Shown here piece by piece: positions 45,566 to 55,828 of a stretch of 64,000 nucleotides of DNA. Position 1 is the stretch's first letter. Each line of letters opens with the position of its first letter. Source of the stretch: an uncultured Gammaproteobacteria bacterium (GTDB taxonomy: Bacteria > Patescibacteriota > Microgenomatia > UBA8517); NCBI GenBank assembly GCA_964599625.1, contig CAZRGC010000004.1:11705-75704 (forward strand). The letters run 5' to 3'. Position numbers and translations under genes: made by a program. Below the pieces are notes generated by a model that saw only the letters and a list, made by a program, of their open reading frames with translations, did no database searches and had not been told where the DNA came from.

Positions 45566-46483
45566 TTATTTTTTTAGCTCGGGAAACAACTTTTCAAGTT
45601 CAAAAATTCTAAAATTTGTAACCGCATACTCAATTTCATTCTTGTCTCCATATTCCATTTGTTTTCCAGCTGCCAATTCTCTTGACCTCGTAGAAAGCAA
45701 AAGATGTTCTGTATAAATTTGTACAGGCACTTGAGGATTTCGGTTTGGGCTCTGTTGCAGCGATAACGAAAATTCCTTGCGAGCTCTTTCTCCCATTTTA
45801 TTCCAAACTGTTGCTGGAAGATGTGGATTTTCTGGTGATGTGTGTTCCCATACAAAGAATGTTTTCTTGTCTTTTTCTGCTGTAACATACCCGCTTAGTT
45901 TAAAAGCAGAATGGGGGATCAGTATGGTATATCTGTACTCCATTGATCTATTTGGGAGTCCGGGAAAGCTTGGTTTGTAGTCAGCACTCTCCTCCAAAAT
46001 AACCGGAGGTCTGTAGGAATCAACTCTTAAAACCTGATTGGACAAAGAGGTAAACATTGATTTGCCCACGTGCTTGTAAATTTCAGGCAATTCTTCTTCC
46101 ATCCCGCGTTCCAAAGCGGCATTGAACCCTTCGGTAGTGAGATTAAGTTTCTCGCGAAAAGAAACTCCTTCCATCCCTCGTTTTCTGACTCTACCATCGG
46201 CAAACTCCTGTCTGTCTTCTTTTAGAACGTAGAAATTGCCGTCCAAATCTCCCGCAAACACAAAAACTCCAACTTGCTCTACCTCGCGGATTAATTTACC
46301 TTCAGTGGTGTCAACCAGCCTGGAATCTCCATCCTGGAGTTCTTTGAGAAGTTTACCAATTGGTTTTGACCCAGGAGTAACACCCCAAAGTTTGTGGTTA
46401 ATTCCGTGCCCATCAAGCATAGCTGAAAGTCCCTGGAGGGTAATCTCTGAAGTAACTGCTTCCGCCTCTTTTGGTCGTGGCAT
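45566..46483 (-). CDS. Hypothetical protein (305 aa)
   Basis: ORF with no convincing domain match. Confidence 0.35.
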   Translation of the reverse strand: MPRPKEAEAVTSEITLQGLSAMLDGHGINHKLWGVTPGSKPIGKLLKELQDGDSRLVDTTEGKLIREVEQVGVFVFAGDLDGNFYVLKEDRQEFADGRVRKRGMEGVSFREKLNLTTEGFNAALERGMEEELPEIYKHVGKSMFTSLSNQVLRVDSYRPPVILEESADYKPSFPGLPNRSMEYRYTILIPHSAFKLSGYVTAEKDKKTFFVWEHTSPENPHLPATVWNKMGERARKEFSLSLQQSPNRNPQVPVQIYTEHLLLSTRSRELAAGKQMEYGDKNEIEYAVTNFRIFELEKLFPELKK

Positions 46484-46584
46484 GGGGCGATTGTAGTCCT
46501 ATAAATTAAAAAAAGCAAAAAAAAGGGTAAAAGGAGGAGTCGTCACCCTAAGGATCGAATTCTTTCCCCAAACGAGTCTTCGAG

Positions 46585-46669
46585 TGCCGGGGAGAGGAGT
46601 CGAACCTCCACGGGCTTTTGGGCCCACAGGTTTTTGAGACCTGAGCGTCTGCCATTCCGCCACCCCGGC
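46585..46669 (-). tRNA. tRNA-Leu (anticodon CAA), class II with long variable arm
   Basis: Reverse complement reads GCCGGGG-TGGCGGAATGGCAGACGC-TCAGGTCTCAAAAACCTG-TGGGCCCAAAAGCCCGTG-GAGGTTCGACTCCTCT-CCCCGGC-A. Anticodon loop CUCAAAA. 7-bp acceptor stem. No CCA encoded. Confidence 0.85.
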
Positions 46670-46808
46670 TCGTCGGAACGAGCTGCACTTACTGCACTAA
46701 AAATTGAAAATTTTCAGTGCTTGTCGCTTCGCTGTTCCTCCTCTCAAAATTGCAAGCAATTTTGTGCCTGAAAACAAATTATACTACAAGAAGGCTGAGA
46801 AGTTGATT

Positions 46809-47312
46809 TTAATTCAGTATCCACCAGAAGGAGGTGGCTATGATTATGAGTTGGGTAAGAACACCTGTCCAAACCTGCTTGGTGTCGACCTGTATTGAGC
46901 GTTCAAGATGAACCCACCAAACCATTAGCTTGCTACGGATCTTAAAATAATAGTAAGGGTATTTAACCACGTCAGAAAGAACAGAGAACAATGAACAAGC
47001 CAGAATAAGCAGAGCCAAGTTTTGATCGGGAAGTGCTTGTACAGAAAAATATACTCCTGTAGCAAACGCCAAACAAATATCAAGTGTAGCAATTAACGTG
47101 CTTTTGTCAGAAGGCTTTCCGTGTTTTTGTGTTTCCGTATAAATATGAGGATTCCAGTGGGGAACTTTGTCCAAAAGAAAATGACTGGCAAAAGACATGG
47201 GTATTGCAATCCAAGGGTTTGGGAATTTAGTGGCTATTGCAACCCCGACCGCCACGTGTGGTGTCTCAAGCATTGTAACCACAATGGTATATAATCTGAG
47301 AATGCTAGTCAA
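46809..47312 (-). CDS. Membrane protein, possibly membrane-bound metal-dependent hydrolase (YdjM/DUF457-like)
   Basis: Four hydrophobic segments with conserved-looking His residues (SHFLLDKVPHWNPH). The assignment is tentative. Confidence 0.3.
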   Translation of the reverse strand: MTSILRLYTIVVTMLETPHVAVGVAIATKFPNPWIAIPMSFASHFLLDKVPHWNPHIYTETQKHGKPSDKSTLIATLDICLAFATGVYFSVQALPDQNLALLILACSLFSVLSDVVKYPYYYFKIRSKLMVWWVHLERSIQVDTKQVWTGVLTQLIIIATSFWWILN

Positions 47313-47904
47313 TCTTGGAGTGGGACTCTCGGGAACCCTAATTTTCCTTTTTATCTTCTGGAAACGGCTAAAAGAGGACTATGCAAGTGATATTGTTTTT
47401 AAGTCGGCCACCTACATTTTAGCTTGTTTTTTGCTTGGATATGTTTTGTCTTTGAAATATTTACCTCAGGCATACCTGTATTTTATTTTTTTGGGTGTAC
47501 TAATTGGAGTTTGGTTAACAATATTTAAGCTTAAAATAAAATTTTATGAATTAACCGATGCAGTTATTATTGCATTTTTGCCATGGCTATCCCTCACATT
47601 TTTCAAAGATTCAATCCAAAGCAGTTCATTTGTTTCTTTTATCGCGTTTCTTTACGTTCTGTTGATAATTTTTCTTTATTATTATTTTGATACACACTAC
47701 AAAGAGTTTAGTTGGTACAAATCGGGTAAGGTTGGGTTTTCCGGTATGGCCGCTCTTGCCATAATTTTTCTGACCAGAAGTCTTGTTGCGGTACTGGGAA
47801 TATCCGTGTTATCCTTTGTCGGCAGATTCGAAGGAATAATAGCAGGGGCATTGGCATTTGCAGCGTTTTTGTTGTTGTACAATTTAGGAAGAAAAACACA
47901 GTAA
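47284..47904 (+). CDS. Hypothetical integral membrane protein (about 6 TM)
   Basis: Hydrophobic ORF, open from 47197. An internal Met at 47284 avoids the large overlap with the minus gene. Confidence 0.4.
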   Translation: MVYNLRMLVNLGVGLSGTLIFLFIFWKRLKEDYASDIVFKSATYILACFLLGYVLSLKYLPQAYLYFIFLGVLIGVWLTIFKLKIKFYELTDAVIIAFLPWLSLTFFKDSIQSSSFVSFIAFLYVLLIIFLYYYFDTHYKEFSWYKSGKVGFSGMAALAIIFLTRSLVAVLGISVLSFVGRFEGIIAGALAFAAFLLLYNLGRKTQ

Positions 47905-48317
47905 TGGCAAAAAATACAAAAAAAACTGAAGTTAAGAAAACCAAAGAAGTTGCACCTCCAAAATTTCCGGCTGGTCTGATGGCGCCGGTTGCCAATTTTC
48001 TTAAAAATAGAATAACGGAGTTGGAGAAGAGAAGGAAAGAAATCTCCAAGGAAGATCCTTTCAAAGATACTCAAAGGGCTACTGACAACGCTGCTCCTGA
48101 TATAGAAGCAGATGAACAGTTTGGACATGCCAGAACTTCAGCAATGAAAAGTCTTATTAGCAAAAGAATTGTGCAGATGAGAAAAGCTCTCTCCCGTGTA
48201 AATATAGGCAAATACGGTATTTGTGAAGAGTGTGGACAAATGATTGATACGGACAGATTAACCGCTTTTCCCGAGGCCACTTTGTGTGCCAAAGACGCAA
48301 GAAAGAGGGAAAAATAA
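47904..48317 (+). CDS. DksA/TraR-family C4 zinc-finger protein
   Basis: C-terminal CEECGQMID...C..C zinc finger (GKYGICEECGQMIDTDRLTAFPEATLCAKD) and coiled-coil region. Start overlaps the previous stop. Confidence 0.75.
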   Translation: MAKNTKKTEVKKTKEVAPPKFPAGLMAPVANFLKNRITELEKRRKEISKEDPFKDTQRATDNAAPDIEADEQFGHARTSAMKSLISKRIVQMRKALSRVNIGKYGICEECGQMIDTDRLTAFPEATLCAKDARKREK

Positions 48318-48326
48318 TCTTCATTT

Positions 48327-48335
48327 GCTAAAATA
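48327..48335 (+). promoter_or_regulatory. Extended -10 promoter TGCTAAAAT giving a leaderless RluA transcript
   Basis: TTTGCTAAAATAGCTACATG. The -10 ends 5 nt before the ATG at 48341. Confidence 0.5.
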
Positions 48336-48340
48336 GCTAC

Positions 48341-49045
48341 ATGGAACCCAAAATAATCTATCAGGATGATTTATTGTTTGTGGTGGACAAGCCTGCAGGC
48401 TGGATATCCAACGACTCCAATACTGTTACAACTCAACCGGTTGTTCAGAACTGGATACGGGACAATTTTGATTATCCTTTGAAAAATAACAAGGAGATGA
48501 GGGATGGAATTGTTCATAGGCTAGACAAAGAAACCAGTGGAATACTGGTTGTGGCAAAAACAGAGGAATCTTTTCTTAAACTTCAGGCAATGTTTAAGGA
48601 GCGTCGTGTAGAAAAAACATACACTGCATTGTGTCACGGCAAAATAGACCCTCCGGACGGAGTCGTGGAGGCAACAGTAGGGAGGTTGCCCTGGAGACGA
48701 GACAGATTTGGTGTGATGGAAGGAGGACGCGACTCTTTAACTCACTATCATTTGGTCAAGTTCTATAAAGGTGACAGGGGAGGCTACTCACTTACCGAGT
48801 TTTATCCCAAAACAGGGAGAACACACCAGATAAGAGTTCATGCTAAGCACATAGGTCATGCAATCGTGGCTGATGAGTTTTACGCAGGCAGAAAGACAGC
48901 CAGAAACGACCGTAAATGGTGCCCAAGACTTTTCCTGCACGCTTCCTCAATCAAGTTTCCGCATCCCCAAACCGGTGCCGAAAACGTATACCATTCCTCT
49001 TTACCGGAGGATTTAGCAGGAGCTCTCGATCACTTGGCTCAGTGA
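48341..49045 (+). CDS. RluA-family pseudouridine synthase
   Basis: Catalytic motif HRLDKETSGILVVAK. RluA family core. No S4 domain. Confidence 0.9.
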   Translation: MEPKIIYQDDLLFVVDKPAGWISNDSNTVTTQPVVQNWIRDNFDYPLKNNKEMRDGIVHRLDKETSGILVVAKTEESFLKLQAMFKERRVEKTYTALCHGKIDPPDGVVEATVGRLPWRRDRFGVMEGGRDSLTHYHLVKFYKGDRGGYSLTEFYPKTGRTHQIRVHAKHIGHAIVADEFYAGRKTARNDRKWCPRLFLHASSIKFPHPQTGAENVYHSSLPEDLAGALDHLAQ

Positions 49046-50697
49046 AAGGATGAGAAGTTGAGCTTTGGCCAATGAGATTTAAGTTGGTTCACTATAAAAG
49101 ATCCGGAAACTTTTTCGGGAATTACAACATATGTGGCACCCATAGCCTTTAGAAGTTCTTCGTGATCGTGCTCCTCAGCCCTTACAACTATTGTAGCCTT
49201 AGTTTTTCTTCTGCTGCATTCTTCCAATAGAAGCTCGTTGTCTCTTAAGTCTGATGCTGTGGAAATAATCAGTTTGGCATTTTCCAGCTGGAGGCTATCC
49301 AAAACTTCTGGGTCTCCAATATCTCCATAGACAGCATCTATGTTTTTATCTCGTAGTTTTTTAACAAGATTTGGATTGAAATCCATTACTGTAAATGGAA
49401 TTTTTTCTTTGGCCAAATAATTCACAATTGGTTCTCCAACTCTGTGTGCACCTATTACCACAACATGGTCGGCAAACTCCGACTCATTTTTGACCTCCAA
49501 ATAATGTGTTCCGACTTTCTTTTCCAGGATTCCCAAAAACGGCCTGAATAATTTATATATTCTTTTGGATGCGGAAATGAAAATTGAAGAGGCAATGATA
49601 GAGATGACTGCTACAGCTGCCATTACAGAAAGAGCCAGTTGGGAGGCAAGGTTAAACTGCACTCCAACCAAAAGAACTATTAGTGAAAACTCTGATATCT
49701 GAGAAAGATTGAGCGAGGTTTGAAAAATTGTGTGTTTTCTGAATCCGAAAACAGACAAAATTAGCGAATAAATTAATGGTTTTACAAAGATGGCAAAAAC
49801 GGTAAAAATCAAAATTGCGGGCCAGGCACTTGCCAAATCAGAGGCTCTTATTTGTGTACCCAGGTAAACAAAAAACAAAATTAAAAAGAAATCTCTCAAA
49901 GGTTTTATTTTGCCTTCTATTTGAAGATTGTAGGGAGAGGTGGCAAGCGCAACTCCTGCCAGAAACGCTCCGATTACAACAGAGAAACCGGATACTACCG
50001 CTAAAGACGTAAATATAAAACACCAAGATATTGCAGTAAAGAAAAGTAGCTCAGTCGACTTTGCTACTGCATCAAATATCTTTTCTAGAACGTATTTTGA
50101 TAGAACAAAAGCTAGTAAGAAAAGGCCAATGGCTTTGAGTACTAGTGTGAGTATCGGCAAACTTTGTTGCAATCCGAGATTGAGTGCTGAGTTTCCTACG
50201 GAAAGCATCATCAAAACGACCACGGCAACCAAGTCTTCTACAAGTAAAATTCCTATTGAAAGTTTACCGTAGAGCGAAGCCAAATCTTTTTTCTCTAAAA
50301 GCATTTTTATTACAACCACAGTGGAAGAGAACGCTAAACCAAGCCCCAGGTAAATGCTTTCTGTTGTTTGGAATCCGAGTAATTTTGATATATAAAAGCC
50401 GAGCAATGTAGATACTAAAACTTGAGCAATCGCCGACACGATAATGGGTGTTCCAAGAATTTTAACTTCCCTTAAGTCTAGTTCCATGCCTATCAAAAAC
50501 AGCACAAAAGCAATTCCTATTTCGGGGAATACTTCAAAAACTGTGGAATGTGTGGGATCGAATATTTTAAGAAATGAAAGCAATACACCCGATGTTAAGT
50601 ATGCAACTACAAGTGGTAATTTTAGTTTGTGCGCCAAAAAACCAAGCGAAACACACAATGATAAAACAATTGCGAGCTGGATAAATATATTCTCCAT
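49039..50697 (-). CDS. CPA2-family monovalent cation/H+ antiporter with C-terminal RCK (TrkA-N) domain (KefB/KefC-like)
   Basis: About 12 TM Na+/H+ exchanger domain, then a Rossmann GxGxxG region (VVIGAHRVGEPIV). Confidence 0.8.
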   Translation of the reverse strand: MENIFIQLAIVLSLCVSLGFLAHKLKLPLVVAYLTSGVLLSFLKIFDPTHSTVFEVFPEIGIAFVLFLIGMELDLREVKILGTPIIVSAIAQVLVSTLLGFYISKLLGFQTTESIYLGLGLAFSSTVVVIKMLLEKKDLASLYGKLSIGILLVEDLVAVVVLMMLSVGNSALNLGLQQSLPILTLVLKAIGLFLLAFVLSKYVLEKIFDAVAKSTELLFFTAISWCFIFTSLAVVSGFSVVIGAFLAGVALATSPYNLQIEGKIKPLRDFFLILFFVYLGTQIRASDLASAWPAILIFTVFAIFVKPLIYSLILSVFGFRKHTIFQTSLNLSQISEFSLIVLLVGVQFNLASQLALSVMAAVAVISIIASSIFISASKRIYKLFRPFLGILEKKVGTHYLEVKNESEFADHVVVIGAHRVGEPIVNYLAKEKIPFTVMDFNPNLVKKLRDKNIDAVYGDIGDPEVLDSLQLENAKLIISTASDLRDNELLLEECSRRKTKATIVVRAEEHDHEELLKAMGATYVVIPEKVSGSFIVNQLKSHWPKLNFSSFH

Positions 50698-50752
50698 TCA
50701 GTTATATTAGCTGATAATTTACACAAAGCTCAAGGCCTTATATTATCTAATA

Positions 50753-51685
50753 ATGGTGTCTTGGGGTTTTGTTACGTATATTGCTTCTTTTTTAGCTTTA
50801 CTCTTTGGTGCCGGGCTGATAATAAAATCAGTTGATAAGTTTTCTCATAAACTTAAGTTGTCTTCGTTTTCCGCATCCTTTTTCATACTTGGAATGCTTA
50901 CTTCAATTCCGGAACTTGCAGTCGGCCTTACCTCTGTGGCGGAGAACAAACCGGATATCTTTGTAGGTAATCTAATTGGAGGAATAGCGGTAATTTTCTT
51001 TCTTGTAATTCCTATTCTGGCAGTGTTGGGTAATGGTGTAACGATAGAAAGCCAAATAAACAGAAACAACCTGAAGTTTTCTTTTTTGGCAATGTTGACG
51101 CCAGCCTTGGCACTATATGACAGGAAGGTGGCCAACTTTGAAGGTATTCTACTGCTTTTGGTTTATGTTGTTATATTTTTTGTTGTTGAACAAAAAAAGG
51201 GAATACTCGACAAAAACACCGAGGTTCTTAAGGTTAAGTCGTACTCCTTAATAGATATTACAAAAATAATTTTTGGCGTTTTGATAGTTTTTGTTTCTAG
51301 TCAGATAATAGTAGATAACACTTTGGCTATTGCAACCGACCTTGGAGTTTCCACTTTTTATGTAAGCCTTATAGCTTTATCTTTTGGGACAAATCTGCCG
51401 GAATTTTCATTGGCTCTCAAGTCGATTTTCGCTCGAAGGAAAAGTATTGCCTTGGGGGACTACATGGGGTCTGCTTCTGCCAATGTGTTTCTTTTTGGAT
51501 TTTTAACTTTGCTGTCGTCGAAAGAAGTCTTTGTGTCTACAAATTTCTTAACAACTTTTGTGTTAATGGCCATTGGCCTGTTGATTTTTTACATACTTGC
51601 TATTTCAAAGGGTGGTATTTCCAGAAAAGAAGGTTTTGCATTAATGATTTATTACGTATTTTTTGCAGCCCTCGAGTTGTTGTGA
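50753..51685 (+). CDS. CaCA-family cation/Ca2+ antiporter (YrbG-like)
   Basis: Two alpha-repeat regions (GNLIGGIAVIFF and GTNLPEFSLAL). About 10 TM. Confidence 0.75.
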   Translation: MVSWGFVTYIASFLALLFGAGLIIKSVDKFSHKLKLSSFSASFFILGMLTSIPELAVGLTSVAENKPDIFVGNLIGGIAVIFFLVIPILAVLGNGVTIESQINRNNLKFSFLAMLTPALALYDRKVANFEGILLLLVYVVIFFVVEQKKGILDKNTEVLKVKSYSLIDITKIIFGVLIVFVSSQIIVDNTLAIATDLGVSTFYVSLIALSFGTNLPEFSLALKSIFARRKSIALGDYMGSASANVFLFGFLTLLSSKEVFVSTNFLTTFVLMAIGLLIFYILAISKGGISRKEGFALMIYYVFFAALELL

Positions 51686-51722
51686 AAACACAAATAAAGC
51701 ATTATTCTTAATATTACTGTTT

Positions 51723-52691
51723 ATGCCATCTGCCCATGGAAAATCTCCCACCGCGGGAGCAAGAAGACTTTTGGTCCGAAACAAAAGAATTGAGCGCGCC
51801 AAGGTAAAAAACAACTTTTCTGCTGTGTTGTTCAAAATTTCAGTTCCCTTTTTGATTATTCTTATGCTGTTTCTTTTTGTCAGATTCACAACAAAAGAAT
51901 GGAATGGTCATGACAAGGTTGGGTTGGTTTACAAAATAGAGTCCGGTGACGTTGGCGTGATTGTTGCCGACCCGGAGACGCCCGAACTTACAACATTTCT
52001 GATACCAGGTGACACACAAGTGGAGGTGGCGTCGGGATACGGCACACTCCGATTAAAGAATGTTTGGCAGTTGGGATTTAACGAAAAGCGCAAGGGGGAG
52101 CTTCTAAGTGCTTCTGTTACGAGGAATTTTTTAATGCCCGTGCATTTGTGGTCCGATAGCGATGCCCAAAAACTAAGTGACGGAAGCATGGTTGGTGTTT
52201 TTGAATTTATTTTTCTGCCAAAAAAGACAAACATGGCATTTGGAGACAGACTGATGTTTGGAATATTTGTTTTAAAAACAAAAAACATTGAAAAGACACA
52301 AATAGATTTGGCAAAAAGCCAATTCTTGCGCAAAGAAACACTCAAAGACGGTACCCCCGGATATGTTTTGGGTGGTTTGGTTTCCGGGCGGCTTACTGCT
52401 TATTTCTCGGATAACGATATTGCGGACAAAAATATAAGATTTGGAATAATAGACGGAAGCGGTGTTTTTGGTGAGGCAGCCAAGGTTGCCGAAATCATAG
52501 AAGTGTTGGGTGGCAAAGTTGTAAGTCTTGAAAAGAACCAGGTTGGTGTTTCAGGGATTTGTGAAGTTTCATCCAAAAACGTTTCTTTAGCCAAGAAAGT
52601 GGCTAAGATATTTGGGTGCACGTTCAATAATTCAAAAACAAATCTAGATTTGGAAATAAGTTTGGGGGACATGTTTTCCAAAAATTTTTAA
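51723..52691 (+). CDS. LytR-CpsA-Psr (LCP) family-like protein with LytR_C-like C-terminal domain
   Basis: N-terminal TM. FLIPGDTQVEVASGYGTLRLKNVWQLG resembles the LCP core SIPRDT.V.IPG.G..KIN.A. C-terminal IRFGIIDGSGVFGEAAKVAEIIEVLGGKV resembles the LytR_C pattern (V.NGSG..GLA). ORF open from 51663. Confidence 0.45.
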   Translation: MPSAHGKSPTAGARRLLVRNKRIERAKVKNNFSAVLFKISVPFLIILMLFLFVRFTTKEWNGHDKVGLVYKIESGDVGVIVADPETPELTTFLIPGDTQVEVASGYGTLRLKNVWQLGFNEKRKGELLSASVTRNFLMPVHLWSDSDAQKLSDGSMVGVFEFIFLPKKTNMAFGDRLMFGIFVLKTKNIEKTQIDLAKSQFLRKETLKDGTPGYVLGGLVSGRLTAYFSDNDIADKNIRFGIIDGSGVFGEAAKVAEIIEVLGGKVVSLEKNQVGVSGICEVSSKNVSLAKKVAKIFGCTFNNSKTNLDLEISLGDMFSKNF

Positions 52692-53387
52692 TTAATCTTC
52701 TGTGACTTCTTCGTTTGTTGTTTCCGGTTGTTCTTTGTGAACAAGCTCGGGAGGAGTGAACGAAACGTATTCAATTTTTTCTGTGGGAAAAGAAGGAATA
52801 TCCAAAGAATCTTCGTTTCTGTGAGTTTCTCTAATAAAAACAGTTATGTCTTTTGCTTGTACAGATTTAATTAATATCTGGTACTTAACACCTGATTTGA
52901 TCAAGTTTCTAAGTCTGGCTGCAATATCGTCAGGCACCCTTCCTATGTATTTATTGTCTTTGGTTGTTATAGATACCTTGTGTGAATAGCTGGAAATTTT
53001 TACTTCTTCACCTGGGTCCAGCGAACTAAAAACTTTTGTATCACCGACATTCATTAATTGTATAAGTTTGGTCTTACCCGGCTCCTCCAAAAATGCGTCT
53101 GATGAAACGATGTGGTTGGGATGAATATCTGTAGGCCCATCTAACACACTCCATTTTTCCAAGCATTTTTTGGCGATAGCGTTAACTGGGTCCAGTTTGA
53201 TTACCTTCCTGGCAGTATCTTTTGCTTTTTCCAAAGCTCCCGTTTCAGAATAGGCTTTAGCAAGCCTGTTGAGTGCGTCTACATCTTCCGAGTTATCTTT
53301 TAATATCTGAAGATTTATTTCTATTGCTTCTTTCCAGTTTCCGGCAAGTGCAAGTGATATAGCTTTTTGGGCAAGTGTTATTTCCAT
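52692..53387 (-). CDS. TPR-repeat protein
   Basis: N-terminal TPR-like helices (AISLALAGNWKEAIEINLQILK...ALNRLAKAYSETGALEKA). Acidic C-terminal tail. Confidence 0.5.
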   Translation of the reverse strand: MEITLAQKAISLALAGNWKEAIEINLQILKDNSEDVDALNRLAKAYSETGALEKAKDTARKVIKLDPVNAIAKKCLEKWSVLDGPTDIHPNHIVSSDAFLEEPGKTKLIQLMNVGDTKVFSSLDPGEEVKISSYSHKVSITTKDNKYIGRVPDDIAARLRNLIKSGVKYQILIKSVQAKDITVFIRETHRNEDSLDIPSFPTEKIEYVSFTPPELVHKEQPETTNEEVTED

Positions 53388-53476
53388 GAACCGTTTACTG
53401 TAATTGAGTATAGATAACCTTTTTTTGCTGTCAAGGGCTTTCCTGACCGAACAAAAACGGCTATACTACCACTTGT

Positions 53477-54217
53477 ATGAGCGGGCATTCACACTTCGCT
53501 ACCATCAAACGACAAAAAGCCGCAAACGACGCTGCTAAGGGCAATGTTTTTTCAAAAATGGCAAGGGCAATTATGATTGCCGCTAAGAATGGACCTGACC
53601 CCGACATGAACTACAAGCTGCGTTTCGAAATAGAAAAAGCCAGAGCAGTAAGTATGCCTAAAGAAAATATTGAACGCGCAATTGCTAAGGCCACAACCGA
53701 AGCTGCCAATATGGAAGAACTAACATACGAAGGTTATGGGCCTTTGGGCATTTCTGTAATTGTGCAGGCTGCCACAGACAACAAAAACAGAACCGCTCAG
53801 GAAATAAAAAACACATTTGATAGGGGAGGGGGAAGTTTGGGCGGACCGGGTGCCGTTGCTTTTAATTTTGATCCCAAAGGCTTTATGCTTGTCAAAAAGG
53901 GTGATGATCCAGAAACACAAATGCTTCAACTTATTGATGCAGGGGTGGAAGATATAACAGAGACTGCCGACGGTCTTGAAGTTTATACATCCCCCGACGT
54001 TTTGGGTCAGACACACAAAAAACTTACAGAAATGGGTTTCGAAGTTCAGGAGACAGAACTTCAAATGAAACCTAAGAATTTTATTAAGGCCAATACCCCC
54101 GAAGAGGCAACCAAAGTAATTAAGTTTTTGGATGCTTTTGAGGATTTGGATGATGTTCAGAAAGTTTTTTCAAATATCGAGGTAGATGAAGAAGTGATGT
54201 CTAAAGTAACTTCCTAG
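53477..54217 (+). CDS. yebC: YebC/PmpR-family transcriptional regulator
   Basis: MSGHSHFATIKRQKAANDAAKG...YEGYGP...family signature across the full length. Confidence 0.9.
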   Translation: MSGHSHFATIKRQKAANDAAKGNVFSKMARAIMIAAKNGPDPDMNYKLRFEIEKARAVSMPKENIERAIAKATTEAANMEELTYEGYGPLGISVIVQAATDNKNRTAQEIKNTFDRGGGSLGGPGAVAFNFDPKGFMLVKKGDDPETQMLQLIDAGVEDITETADGLEVYTSPDVLGQTHKKLTEMGFEVQETELQMKPKNFIKANTPEEATKVIKFLDAFEDLDDVQKVFSNIEVDEEVMSKVTS

Positions 54218-54225
54218 ATTTAAAA

Positions 54226-54993
54226 ATGTCCAAACGTCGACGATTTGTTTTAACTTCGCTACTACTTTCCCTTGGATTTGTTGGAATACAATTTCTAAAC
54301 GATCAAAACAGGTTTTGGATAATTGGTGCTTTGGGGATTTTGACAATTATCCTGTTTGTTTGGTCCCTTTGGGAAAATTTGGGGAAAAACACAACGCTTC
54401 TGACTTTAGTGCTTCCAACAGTGTTTACACTAGGGGTTGGAGTTTTTTGGTTCCTTTTGCCCATTAGCGTATATACGCGCATTCCGATTGTTATTTTTTA
54501 CGGGATTGGAATTTATGTTTTATGTTTAACAATGAATATTTATTCCGTTGCCACAAATAGAACTATAGCTCTTCTAAGGGCTGCTAGGGGGGTGGGGTTT
54601 GTTCTGACACTGGTTACCTCGTTTTTGGTTTTTGATGCAGTGATATCGCTAAAAAATCAGGTCTATATACTTATGCCTTTGGTGTTTTTACTTTCTTTCC
54701 CTTTGTACCTTCAAGGATTTTGGGCTGTTAATCTTGAAAAAACATTTTCAAAAGAACTGCTTTTGATTTCGGCGGTGTCCTCCCTTGTAACTGCAGAAAT
54801 TTCATTGGCCTTATATTTTTGGCCTGTAACAGTAGTGACTGGCTCACTTTTTTTGACAGTCACATTTTATATGCTTTTGGGTTTGGGTCAGGCAAAAATG
54901 GAGGACAGGCTTTTTCCTGCCACAATCAGGGAGCACCTTGTTGTGGGTGCCTTGGTATTTGTTGCAATGTTTTTAGCCACACACTGGGGCTGA
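54226..54993 (+). CDS. Hypothetical integral membrane protein (about 7 TM)
   Basis: Hydrophobic ORF, 255 aa, no known motif. Confidence 0.4.
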   Translation: MSKRRRFVLTSLLLSLGFVGIQFLNDQNRFWIIGALGILTIILFVWSLWENLGKNTTLLTLVLPTVFTLGVGVFWFLLPISVYTRIPIVIFYGIGIYVLCLTMNIYSVATNRTIALLRAARGVGFVLTLVTSFLVFDAVISLKNQVYILMPLVFLLSFPLYLQGFWAVNLEKTFSKELLLISAVSSLVTAEISLALYFWPVTVVTGSLFLTVTFYMLLGLGQAKMEDRLFPATIREHLVVGALVFVAMFLATHWG

Positions 54994-55071
54994 TAATTTA
55001 GCTTCATTTTATATTCAAAAATATTTCTCAAATAATTTTTTACAACCCACAAGACGGGGAGTAGGGGTGGA

Positions 55072-55090
55072 GGTGTGCACACCCTATAAT
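55072..55090 (+). promoter_or_regulatory. 12-bp palindrome GGTGTGCACACC abutting a TATAAT hexamer (operator-over-promoter candidate)
   Basis: Perfect palindrome at 55072-55083, immediately followed by CTATAAT (55084-55090). Lies in a gene-free AT-rich region. Confidence 0.3.
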
Positions 55091-55808
55091 TATAGGATAT
55101 TTGAATGTGAAAGTAAGATAGTTTTCACGAAAATTATAGGACATTTTCACAAATAGCGACCAAAAGACAAGTGCGAACAAAAACCGAACAAATTAAACAA
55201 CAGTTGGTGATACACAATGATATAGTTATCGTGCCTAAAAAAGCTAAAAATATCAAGTTTTACCCCTATTTAGTTATGTGGATATCTTGGAATATTAGCG
55301 GCATCAAAAGGTGGGTCACGCTACCGCCCTTAAATGTATATTGATGCCATGAATATAGACCAATCTGTTGGGAGAGTGCTTGTGCTGCAGAATACAAAGA
55401 CAATTTTAGAGTTATATTCTCCCTTGAGGCGTTGGTGAAATTATATGCGAACATGTGTTTGAGGATTATTTTAGTTCAATTAGTTATGTCGCACAATAAT
55501 ACTTTTGCGACGTATAATAAAACTATTTAGGGAGTACATTCAATAATGTATTTAGCCAAAAGTTTCGAATAACTTTACTTGCTTTTTTGGGTCCTGATTT
55601 AACCTGATAATTCTCCTTTTTAAAAACGTCATAAATTATGTCGCCCCGAACATATGCCGAATAAAAAAAACAACTTTTCAACCGGTGCCCTTTCCCCGAC
55701 TCCCCCGCAATTTGCAAATTAACGTTTACCCCGAAAATACGGGATAAACAAAGATGATGAGTATGTAGTCTTTTTGTTTAGACAGGCCTTAAAATCGATT
55801 ACAGAGGG

Positions 55809-55828
55809 CCCTGCCTGCCGGCAGGCAG
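55809..55828. repeat. Perfect 20-bp GC-rich palindrome CCTGCCTGCCGGCAGGCAGG
   Basis: Exact inverted repeat in an otherwise AT-rich spacer, 50 nt upstream of the 55882 gene. Could be a hairpin/terminator or a protein-binding site. Confidence 0.5.

Noticed and set aside
45566-46483. Possible NUDIX box in the 305-aa protein (ALERGMEEELPE)
   Set aside because: The residue order does not fit Gx5Ex7REUxEExGU (it has ER, not RE, and no preceding Gly spacing). Left as hypothetical.
46704-46898. 64-aa plus-strand ORF just upstream of tRNA-Leu
   Set aside because: It overlaps the likely promoter/leader of the minus-strand tRNA and the start of the 46809-47312 gene. No RBS and no motif.
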